Shown piece after piece: positions 1-7,945 of a stretch of 64,000 nucleotides of DNA. The DNA comes from an uncultured Clostridia bacterium. GTDB lineage: Bacteria > Bacillota > Clostridia > UBA1381. The translations under genes were made by a program, and so were the position numbers. Where the stretch lies: NCBI GenBank assembly GCA_934444735.1, contig CAKSDE010000003.1, forward strand, positions 105,910 through 169,909. Reading direction: 5' to 3'. Numbering within the stretch: the first letter of the stretch is position 1; every line of letters begins with the position of its first letter. The notes under the pieces were generated by a model that searched no databases, was not told the origin of the DNA, and saw nothing but the letters and a program-made list of their open reading frames with translations.

Positions 1-780
1 CGGTATAAGACTGAATGTTCCGCTCGGATTTCCGTAAATCTGCTCCATCAAAATATCGTCCGTCGGGCGGTCCGCCTCTCTGTACCAATAATTGCTGACC
101 GAGGTCTTTATCGTCATATAATCCTCATCAATATTCGGGTATCTTGCAATCGTCTGCACATCATTATCAACGAAAATCTCAAATGCGTTTAACGTACCCT
201 TCATTCCGAGAGTATTTCTCAATCTTCTTGCCGCCTCTTCATTAATCGTAACGCCTGCCATTCCCCACAATCCGTAAACCTCCGATATAAACGTCGGCGG
301 AATCTCTTTTAATCCGAGAAATTCCAGATTAACCTCATAGATGTTACTTTTCGCCTTTTCATCAATAACCCTGTCCAAAAGCGCCGTATCAGTCGTCTTT
401 TTTAAGCTCGCTGTCGGGATTGTGATACCGCCGATAAGCTTTGCCTCCTCACCGGGATAGCCTCTGTAGACAATCGGCGCATTTTCTTCTCCGGAATCCT
501 CCGCGCCGAACATATTCTGCTCCAGAATCTGATACGTTCCGCCGCGAAAATACACAACCGCGCCTTTTTTGCCCAATTCTCCTTTTTGTTTTAATTCTCT
601 TATTTCATCACGGGCTTTTTTTATCGTAGCAAAAGGCCTTTCCTTGCTTCCGTCATTACTGTCGTTTCCGTCTGTTGCGATATAAAGAACCGTTCTGTCG
701 TCTTTAACAACCTGTGCACTCACTGCCGCAGTATTAAATAGCATTACCGCACTCAATATCGCCGCCAATCTTTTTATCAT
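1..780 (-). CDS. Secreted right-handed beta-helix protein, N-terminal part only; the gene runs past the window start. Paralog of 33979-36573.
   Basis: Reverse-strand translation from the ATG at 780 gives MIKRLAAILSAVMLFNTAAVSA (signal peptide), then ATDGNDSNDGSKERPFATIKKA...VYFRGGTYQI...EDSGEENAPIVYRGY...ARYPN. The same N-terminal motifs occur in four other proteins in the window. AAGGAGG RBS upstream. No stop codon before position 1. Confidence 0.6.
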   Translation of the reverse strand, partial: MIKRLAAILSAVMLFNTAAVSAQVVKDDRTVLYIATDGNDSNDGSKERPFATIKKARDEIRELKQKGELGKKGAVVYFRGGTYQILEQNMFGAEDSGEENAPIVYRGYPGEEAKLIGGITIPTASLKKTTDTALLDRVIDEKAKSNIYEVNLEFLGLKEIPPTFISEVYGLWGMAGVTINEEAARRLRNTLGMKGTLNAFEIFVDNDVQTIARYPNIDEDYMTIKTSVSNYWYREADRPTDDILMEQIYGNPSGTFSLIP

Positions 781-838
781 GCTTTTTCCTCCTTTATTTT
801 TCAGGCATTGCTGCCATAAAAAAATCTCATGATTTTTA

Positions 839-869
839 TATATTGCGGCGGCAAAACCGCCGCAATATA
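839..869. terminator. Stem-loop terminator downstream of gene 880-4803
   Basis: Perfect 13 bp inverted repeat TATATTGCGGCGG-caaaa-CCGCCGCAATATA with AT-rich flanks. Lies between the stop at 880 and the next start at 780. Confidence 0.5.
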
Positions 870-879
870 TTTATCTGAT

Positions 880-3800
880 TTATTCTACCGTAATCGCATT
901 ACATATCGCTTTCTGAGTCTTTATCCCGTCCCAGAGCATAATCTTTGCCGTCTGCGTATCTGTTTTTGATACAGTACCGATTGTAACAGTCTTGCTGTTG
1001 CCCTTCGATACGCTTATCGAATCTACAACCTTTGCGCTTACAAGCTTTTGGAAATCTCCCGATTGCTCATATACCGCAATTACCGCAGCCGCATTTTCAA
1101 TATTCTTATCGGCGGTAATCAAAAGCTTGCCGTTTGCGAGATACTCCATAAAGGTACCGCCCGCAAGAACGCTTTCGGTAAATCTTTCGTTTGTAGCAAA
1201 TGTGCTGCCGTCCAAAGTGTCCGTCACCTTAACGCTTGCCTTTATGAATTTACCTGCCGTTTGAGAATCGGGTGTAAAGGTCTTTGCATTTTCATTTTCA
1301 ATTACACTGTATTCCCCGTCCTCTGTATCTGCCGCGTACCACTTATATTCAACCGATGCGTCTTTTGATATACCGTAATAGTTGAAATCCGCGCTGTACG
1401 CGCCGTTATCAGTTTCTGTTATTTTAAGATTTTCCACGCTTATATATCTGTTCTGCACCGCATCGTCAAACCACGCTGTGTTGGTTTCAAACTGACCTGC
1501 CTGTGCCGTGATTATAAATCTTGCGATTCTTTCGCTGTCGGAATCCATAACTTGCCGTCCGTCCAGATACAAGGTATAATGCGTTGTTTTTGCAGCCTTG
1601 CCGCCAAATTCGCCTCTTTGGTTCTCATAGAACTCATCGCCTGACGGATTTGTCTGAACAATTGTTACCTGATGCCAGCCCGGTGTTCTTAAAATTTTGG
1701 TATTTTCGGCAGTTTCCAGGTGTGATACCTTAACCTTGTCCCATCTGCCGTCTGTATTTGCCAGCTGATAATAGTCTGATGCAGAATCGATAACGCCCAG
1801 TGCTTTTGTCATCGAATAATTCTCATACGAAGTGAAGTTCACAGCCGCAGTCGCATTTTCTTTTGCGCCGTTATCATAAAACCACATTTCGGATACGGAA
1901 TTTGAAGCACCCATAGTCCAGTTCCAGATAGAAATTGCCGATTTTCCCGCAGTTTGCTTTGAGCCGTCGTTATGATCGGTATATTCATCAATTCCTCCGG
2001 CAACAGAGAGTGCGCCCTGTCCTCTTCTTGCAATTGCGGTAAGTGCGGAATCATTATCTGCCGTTCTTATCGTTTTCGGTGTAACCGTTACCATAAGGCT
2101 TGCCGAAAGGTCTGCACAGGTTGCCGTTATTGTCGTTCTGCCGTAATCCTTTATTGTGATCTTGCCGCTTGCGTCAACATCTGCCACATCTTTGTTGCTC
2201 GAAGTAAAGCTAAATCCCGAAATATCCGAGATTCCGCGTTCTAAACCGTCTTTTCCGAAACCTGTGATTTTAAGCTGTGCTTCACTCGTTTCGCCTTTTA
2301 CGAAATACGAATCGGATTTACCTAAGCTTATCGACTGATATATGCCGTCAAACACATATACCGGCTCGGAGAATCTCTCGGCTGTTTCTGTTTCTAACGT
2401 CTCATTCTTATTTTCAATTTGGTCGCTGACTCTTACTCCTGCCTTTATGAACTTTCCTGCCGCATTACCGCTCGGCTTATATGTCTTGGAGGTTGCATTT
2501 GCAATCTTTGTATATTCGCCGTTCTCTTCGTCCGACATATACCACTGATAATACGCCGACGCGTCATCTGTACTGCTTGCCCCGTAATACTGCGCATTTG
2601 CAACAAGCGTCTCGCCGTCGTTTTCGTCTGCCGATATTGTAACGTCTGCCAATTCCGTATAATAGAAGGTGTCCACATCGTCAAAATATGCGACATGGTT
2701 TGAATCACCGCCTGCATAAACTCTGATCATGTCCATTGTAGGTTCGGCGCTGCCGTTTTTACCCTCATATATCTTGATTCCGTCAAAGTAAACCGCATAG
2801 CTGTCCGGTCTGCCGTTTTTAGCATTTGTGTTTCCCGAAAGTCTTTTCTGAATCATTGTAACCTGGTGCCAGCCTTTGGTTCTTGCTATCCCCAAGTCTG
2901 TAGCTTTATCAACGTAAACACTTCCGTTATACATATTATTCGGCAAATGCTTTACCATTTTGTAGGTTGTATCTGCCGAGTTGATTACTCCGTACGCTCC
3001 GCCATACGCCCATGACTGGTATCTTCCGAAATCAATTGCCGCCTCTGCGTCGGTGTTTTGACCGTTATCGTAAAAATATGCGGTAGAAACAACATTTTCG
3101 ATTGTTATTTCATTATTCATCCAGATAGTTGTCTCTGCCTCAGGCTTACCTGTTGTACCGTTAATCTTTCCTGCCTTAGCAAAAGCACCCTGACCTGTTC
3201 TTGCAACAGGAGTTGCGGATTCGTTGTAATCTTTGTGAAGTCTGCCCTGCCAGCCGGAATGAACATAGTTTCCGGCTGTAACCGTTACCAATGCGCTTGA
3301 TTTTAACCCTTCGCGCTCTGCCGTAATCGTTGTTGTGCCGTAATCCTTAGCTTTTAATATGCCGTCTGCGCCGATCTCTGCAATCTCGGGCTTGCTTGAT
3401 GTGAATGTTACACCCGACAAATCGGATATTGCACGCTCAACGCCCTCTGAGTCGTAGCCTACAAGCTTCAGCTGTTTTTCTTCGTTTTTATTAAGACTTA
3501 ATTCGCTCTTATTGATGCTTATACTGTCATACACGCCTGTGAAAACAAAGCTTGCGTCGCTAAACATCTCTTCGGTTGTGCCGTTATCTGTTACGCTCAC
3601 GCCGACCTTTATGTATTTCTTGTTCCCCAATGCAGCAGCGTCAGGTCTGTATGTTTTCCCGTTTGCACCGTCAATTGCCGAATACTCGCCGTCTTTTGTT
3701 TCCGAAGCATACCACTGATAGCTTGCCGCAACGTCTGCCGATGCAGTTGTACCGTAGTATGTAAGATTTGCCGTCAAAAGCTCGCCATCATTCTCATCTG

Positions 3801-4803
3801 CCGCAATGTTCACATTTTCCAGTGCCATATACTCCGCACGTGACGCATCATCAAAATATGCGTAGCTGCCCTCTGTCGCACCGGCATAACCGTTAATAAT
3901 ATATTTTGTGTTTTGGGTGCTTGTCTGCGCCTGTACTTCTTTTCCGTCCAGGTATACGGTGTAGCTTGTCGATGTTGAATCACTTCCGCTTACAACGTCA
4001 CCCGAGAGATTCTTCTGAACAATCGCTACCTGATGCCAGCCCGGTGTTCTTGCAATTCCGGTGTCTGTCGCATTGGTCATATGCTTGGGATATACTATCT
4101 GATCCCATCTGCCGTCAACGCCGGATATTTTATATGTCGTATCGGCAGCATTGATAACACCGATTGCACCTGTGTTATCGTAATTTTCATGTCTTTTAAA
4201 GCTTATTCCCGCCTCGGAATTTTCGGTTTGTCCGTTATCGTAGAACCATGCCTGCAACACATTGTTGCTCTTTTTGTCGTTTGCGCCCCAGATAAGCGAC
4301 TCTTGTTTTGCCGCCTGCACCTCGGGACCTCCCGATTGATTCCAGTCGCGAAAGGTGGTTATCTCACCGGCAACCTTTAATGATTTTGCGCCGTTTCTCT
4401 GATAGTCTGTCGAACCCGAATCGGTTTCAAAATCCGCTTTTGTATACTCATTCGGCGTAACCGTAACAAGCATACTTGTGCTTATTTCGCCGGATGCCGC
4501 GGTCACAACCGCAACGCCGTAATCGACAAAGCTCATCTGACCGTCTGCGTTTACCCTGACGACATTTTCGTTACTCGATGCATAACTAAGCGCCGTAGGA
4601 TCGTTAATCTGCATCTCCACGCCTTGCGCATCATACGCCACCGGTTCAATATATACCGGCTGTGCGCCTTTTTCAAATACCGACTGCATACTCCCCATGC
4701 TCAGGCTTTGAAATTCTTCGTCAGCCATTACATTAAATGCAAATGTCTGGCACATTCCCAGTGCCGTTAAAATGCTCAATACTCTTTTTGTGTTTTTTTT
4801 CAT
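880..4803 (-). CDS. Secreted surface protein, 1307 aa, made of three roughly 400 aa tandem repeats. Each repeat is Big_2-like Ig domain + concanavalin/LamG-like lectin domain + YQWY beta-sandwich. Ends in a roughly 70 aa C-terminal module.
   Basis: Signal peptide MKKNTKRVLSILTALGMCQTFAFNVMA. Motifs recur three times: VTVTP/VTVTAG (Big_2), WFYDNG...GWHQV.IVQ...Y.VYLDG (lectin-like), YQWY.S...GEY..I..A..KTY.P...GK.IK. C-terminal AVYEQSGDF...KIMLWDGIKTQKAI. Confidence 0.75.
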   Translation of the reverse strand: MKKNTKRVLSILTALGMCQTFAFNVMADEEFQSLSMGSMQSVFEKGAQPVYIEPVAYDAQGVEMQINDPTALSYASSNENVVRVNADGQMSFVDYGVAVVTAASGEISTSMLVTVTPNEYTKADFETDSGSTDYQRNGAKSLKVAGEITTFRDWNQSGGPEVQAAKQESLIWGANDKKSNNVLQAWFYDNGQTENSEAGISFKRHENYDNTGAIGVINAADTTYKISGVDGRWDQIVYPKHMTNATDTGIARTPGWHQVAIVQKNLSGDVVSGSDSTSTSYTVYLDGKEVQAQTSTQNTKYIINGYAGATEGSYAYFDDASRAEYMALENVNIAADENDGELLTANLTYYGTTASADVAASYQWYASETKDGEYSAIDGANGKTYRPDAAALGNKKYIKVGVSVTDNGTTEEMFSDASFVFTGVYDSISINKSELSLNKNEEKQLKLVGYDSEGVERAISDLSGVTFTSSKPEIAEIGADGILKAKDYGTTTITAEREGLKSSALVTVTAGNYVHSGWQGRLHKDYNESATPVARTGQGAFAKAGKINGTTGKPEAETTIWMNNEITIENVVSTAYFYDNGQNTDAEAAIDFGRYQSWAYGGAYGVINSADTTYKMVKHLPNNMYNGSVYVDKATDLGIARTKGWHQVTMIQKRLSGNTNAKNGRPDSYAVYFDGIKIYEGKNGSAEPTMDMIRVYAGGDSNHVAYFDDVDTFYYTELADVTISADENDGETLVANAQYYGASSTDDASAYYQWYMSDEENGEYTKIANATSKTYKPSGNAAGKFIKAGVRVSDQIENKNETLETETAERFSEPVYVFDGIYQSISLGKSDSYFVKGETSEAQLKITGFGKDGLERGISDISGFSFTSSNKDVADVDASGKITIKDYGRTTITATCADLSASLMVTVTPKTIRTADNDSALTAIARRGQGALSVAGGIDEYTDHNDGSKQTAGKSAISIWNWTMGASNSVSEMWFYDNGAKENATAAVNFTSYENYSMTKALGVIDSASDYYQLANTDGRWDKVKVSHLETAENTKILRTPGWHQVTIVQTNPSGDEFYENQRGEFGGKAAKTTHYTLYLDGRQVMDSDSERIARFIITAQAGQFETNTAWFDDAVQNRYISVENLKITETDNGAYSADFNYYGISKDASVEYKWYAADTEDGEYSVIENENAKTFTPDSQTAGKFIKASVKVTDTLDGSTFATNERFTESVLAGGTFMEYLANGKLLITADKNIENAAAVIAVYEQSGDFQKLVSAKVVDSISVSKGNSKTVTIGTVSKTDTQTAKIMLWDGIKTQKAICNAITVE
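1084..4698 (-). repeat. Intragenic tandem triplication of roughly 1.2 kb units. Approximate unit boundaries 1084-2223, 2224-3498, 3499-4698.
   Basis: Three collinear protein segments of roughly 380-425 aa with conserved motif order inside ORF 880-4803. Units are divergent at nucleotide level. Confidence 0.6.
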
Positions 4804-4906
4804 TTTCTCACATTCCTTTCTTTAAAATTACTTACCGCCAAAAAAAATATTTTTCCCCCCTTTTTCTTTTATTTTGATGTCCTGATTTTTTATAAAAGAC
4901 AGTTTT

Positions 4907-6448
4907 TTATATCACCTTAACTGCCGGACTTCCGCTAAACTCAATCTCACCGTAAACACCTTTTACGAAATTTCTCAGAGATATTTCATCTATGTAGCCG
5001 TTTACATACGTTTTTGCCGTTTCACAGAACTGCTTTAGAATAAACGGCGATGTAAAGCTTGCAATTATCGTCTTATCGCGGTCGAAAATAAGCGATGTAT
5101 GCGTTGTTACGGCAGGCGCGCCTATCGGGTTCGGCACCTGATTATCGAGCATATACGCAAATACCAGCAAATCATAATCTTTATTCACACCCGAAAAGTC
5201 CGCATGATAATTGCACCATTGGGTGTAAACCTCAACGCTTGCTCCATGCTTTTCAAATTCGTCTTTTAAAATGTTCAGCTCTTTTCTTTTATCATCGGTG
5301 CTTATGCCGACAAGCCTTATTTTCTTAATCTTTTCCGCATCAATCGGTATCATGCTGTTTTTAATTAAGCACGTGCCGTTTTTTGAGAGTGTATCTACTG
5401 TCCGTTGCGCAAATTCATGTGCATCTTCGCACTTTTCGGTCTTTTTTATCTTTTCCTTCATCTTCATAATTCTCGAAACCGCGTCCTCAACACGCGACAT
5501 CGGGATTTCGCCGTTTTCAACCTTTTCCAAAATATGCTCCACCACTCTTAACTGCGGCCACAAAAGCATATCGCACCCTGCTTTAAAGCACTCAACCTCG
5601 GCATCGTCCTGCTCGTATATCCAGCGCAAAAATCCGCCCATATCCAGAGCGTCGGAAACAACCACTCCCGAAAATCCCATTTCCTCTTTTAAAACCTTCG
5701 TCATCAGATCGTATGAAAGCGTCGCCGGCGGATAAATTCCGTCCACCGCATCATTTTGCAGCGACGGACAGGATATATGCCCGACCATTATGGAATCAAC
5801 TCCCGCATCAATCGCGGTTTTAAACATTCTTCCCGATTTTTCAAGCCATTCTTTTTTTGAGAGCGAATTTTCGGATTTTGCAATATGCTGATTTCTGTAA
5901 TCCACTCCGTCGCCCGGGAAATGCTTTGCGGTACACAAAAGCCCGTTTTCCTGGTAGCCGCGTATCAAATCGGGCAAAAGTGCGGACGCCTTTTCAACAT
6001 CATCTCCGAGCGTTCTTTGCGATACAGCCAGGTTCAGCGGATTGATAATCAGATCACACACCGGCGCAAATGTCCAGTTTATCCCTATTCCTGCCGTCTC
6101 TTTTGCAATTGCCGCCGCATAGTCATATGCTAATGTTTTGCTGTGCGCCGCACCCACAGCCATAACCCCCGGCATCTGCGTTGCGCCGTCAATACTTATA
6201 TTTACTCCGTTTTCTCCGTCCATGCAGACCAGAAGAGGTATTTTGGAATATTTACAGTATTGTGCAATCACGTTATCTCTCGCTTTTTTGTCCTCATTGT
6301 ACGGGCATACTTCACCGCCGACAAACAAGCCGCCGATCGGGTACTGTTTCATGAAGTTTTCGATGCTCCCGAATTGCTTTATATGCGCCTCCGGTTCGGC
6401 TTTTATTATTACCGACTGGCATATTTTTTCTCTTAAAGTTAATTCCAT
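4907..6448 (-). CDS. Glycoside hydrolase family 3 enzyme, intracellular. Either beta-glucosidase or beta-N-acetylhexosaminidase type.
   Basis: 513 aa, no signal peptide. GH3 N-domain motif KHFPGDGVD and SDALDMGG. About 65-70% identical to the paralog at 39827-41362. Confidence 0.8.
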   Translation of the reverse strand: MELTLREKICQSVIIKAEPEAHIKQFGSIENFMKQYPIGGLFVGGEVCPYNEDKKARDNVIAQYCKYSKIPLLVCMDGENGVNISIDGATQMPGVMAVGAAHSKTLAYDYAAAIAKETAGIGINWTFAPVCDLIINPLNLAVSQRTLGDDVEKASALLPDLIRGYQENGLLCTAKHFPGDGVDYRNQHIAKSENSLSKKEWLEKSGRMFKTAIDAGVDSIMVGHISCPSLQNDAVDGIYPPATLSYDLMTKVLKEEMGFSGVVVSDALDMGGFLRWIYEQDDAEVECFKAGCDMLLWPQLRVVEHILEKVENGEIPMSRVEDAVSRIMKMKEKIKKTEKCEDAHEFAQRTVDTLSKNGTCLIKNSMIPIDAEKIKKIRLVGISTDDKRKELNILKDEFEKHGASVEVYTQWCNYHADFSGVNKDYDLLVFAYMLDNQVPNPIGAPAVTTHTSLIFDRDKTIIASFTSPFILKQFCETAKTYVNGYIDEISLRNFVKGVYGEIEFSGSPAVKVI

Positions 6449-6623
6449 TATGATTCCTCCATTTCATCTTTCAAGATAATCATAACATAATTTACAATTT
6501 TTGTATAGTAGGTATTTTTTCCATTTTGATAGAGTTTTTTACACTGCCTCGTTTGTGTTTTTCATATTTTTACCAAATTTCAAAACTTATTTTTGTGCAA
6601 AACACAAAAATTGAGTACAAAAA

Positions 6624-6650
6624 AATAAGAGGTTATAATGACCTCTTATT
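6624..6650. terminator. Bidirectional rho-independent terminator after AraC gene 6658-7611
   Basis: AATAAGAGGT-tataatg-ACCTCTTATT flanked by an A-run upstream and a T-run downstream. Confidence 0.7.
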
Positions 6651-6657
6651 TTTCATA

Positions 6658-7611
6658 TCAGAACTGACTTATATCTTTTTGAGCCTTTAAATCTTTCAAG
6701 CCTATAAACCATTGCTTTGCCTCGCGCATATTTAATCTGTATGCACTCGGGCTCATTCCGACATATTTTTCAAAGCACTTCACAAAATGCGCAGTATCGT
6801 TAAAGCCGACCAGCTTTGCAATCTCTTTAACTTTAAAATTTTCTTTGTTTACCAAGTTGCACGCAGCATATATGCGCTTTTGCCTTAAGTACTCGGCATA
6901 TGTCATTCCAAGCTCTTTTTTAAACATTTTTGTTATGTACGAGCCGCTGTAGTTAAACATATACGCCAGTGCTTCGATTGTAAGATTTTCCCGGTAATGC
7001 AGCTCGGTGTAATCCACAATTCTCTGCACCAGATCAACCTTTATACTGGCATTTACAAAGCAATCCAGATCTCTTGCCACTTCGGTCAAAATCGCGTATA
7101 TATTGCCTTTTATTATATCCGCGTAATTAAGCTTTCTCTCTTTATACTCCTCATCGGAATTTTCAAACAGATATTTGAGTCTTCCGCTTTTATCCTTAAG
7201 ATAATACCCTTTCGGTATATCCACCTTAACATTTTCAAAGCTTCCGACAACGTGTTTTAACGTTTCGTTAAAATCCTTTTCCTTTTTGTCGCATCTTCCG
7301 AAAAGCTCGGGTTTAAAATCAACCGCAATTCGTCTTGCCATGCGTGTTCCGTATTTTTTAAACGCGATAACCTCGTATTTATCCGCAATAACAAGCGAAT
7401 TTTCCGGTACTTTAAACTCGTACCCGTCAATAATCGCTATTGCGCCTCCGTTTTCAATATAACAGAGCGAATAAAAATTCGACAGAGTTTCTTTTATATT
7501 GTGTATTTCTCTTTCGGTAAAAGAAATCTCACTGTCCTTAACCTTTTCCCTGCTTATCCTTATCTTATCATGATTATACAAAAATTCGCCGCTCACACCG
7601 CCGCTGATCAT
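6658..7611 (-). CDS. AraC/XylS family transcriptional regulator
   Basis: 317 aa. C-terminal AraC HTH signature (ALAYMFNYSGSYITKMFKKELGMTYAEYLRQKRIYAACNLV...VGFNDTAHFVKCFEKYVGMSPSAYR). Confidence 0.8.
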   Translation of the reverse strand: MISGGVSGEFLYNHDKIRISREKVKDSEISFTEREIHNIKETLSNFYSLCYIENGGAIAIIDGYEFKVPENSLVIADKYEVIAFKKYGTRMARRIAVDFKPELFGRCDKKEKDFNETLKHVVGSFENVKVDIPKGYYLKDKSGRLKYLFENSDEEYKERKLNYADIIKGNIYAILTEVARDLDCFVNASIKVDLVQRIVDYTELHYRENLTIEALAYMFNYSGSYITKMFKKELGMTYAEYLRQKRIYAACNLVNKENFKVKEIAKLVGFNDTAHFVKCFEKYVGMSPSAYRLNMREAKQWFIGLKDLKAQKDISQF

Positions 7612-7674
7612 GAAATCACCTCGCCTTATACATTGCTGATTTCATTCTATCATACGCTCACTCAAAATGCAAGC

Positions 7675-7932
7675 TTATTTATGAAAATGCGAGAAAAGTC
7701 CGCTTTTTTCGTATGGCTCGCTTGTAATCTCACCCAATGTATACCCGGTGGATTTTATCGCCTCTCTTATTTTATCCTCCGAAAGCGGCTCTTCGCTTAT
7801 AATAACCGTCTCACCCTTTTTGTGCGACGATTCCACCTTTTTGACAGAAAAAGTGTTTCTTATAGTGTCATTCACATGAGCCTCGCAATGTCCGCACATC
7901 ATACCGTCAATTTTTAATGTTGTTTTTGTCAT
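7675..7932 (-). CDS. copZ: Copper chaperone CopZ (heavy-metal-associated domain)
   Basis: MTKTTLKIDGMMCGHCEAHV has the MxCxxC metal-binding motif. AAGGAGAG RBS 7 nt upstream of this ATG. The longer ORF-track start at 7959 would swallow the RBS. Confidence 0.85.
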   Translation of the reverse strand: MTKTTLKIDGMMCGHCEAHVNDTIRNTFSVKKVESSHKKGETVIISEEPLSEDKIREAIKSTGYTLGEITSEPYEKSGLFSHFHK

Positions 7933-7945
7933 TTTTCTCTCTCCT

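Noticed and set aside
441-629. 62 aa plus-strand ORF at the window start
   Set aside because: Antisense inside the beta-helix gene 1-780. No RBS.
883-1083. Interpreting the recurring C-terminal module as a Type IX secretion CTD or as a dockerin
   Set aside because: The genome context is Gram-positive (SLH, CuAO-N, CsoR). T9SS is restricted to Bacteroidota, and the module lacks the T9SS CTD motifs. There are no duplicated Ca-binding DxDxDG or F-hand segments typical of dockerins, and no cohesin-like partner is obvious. It is kept as an unassigned module.
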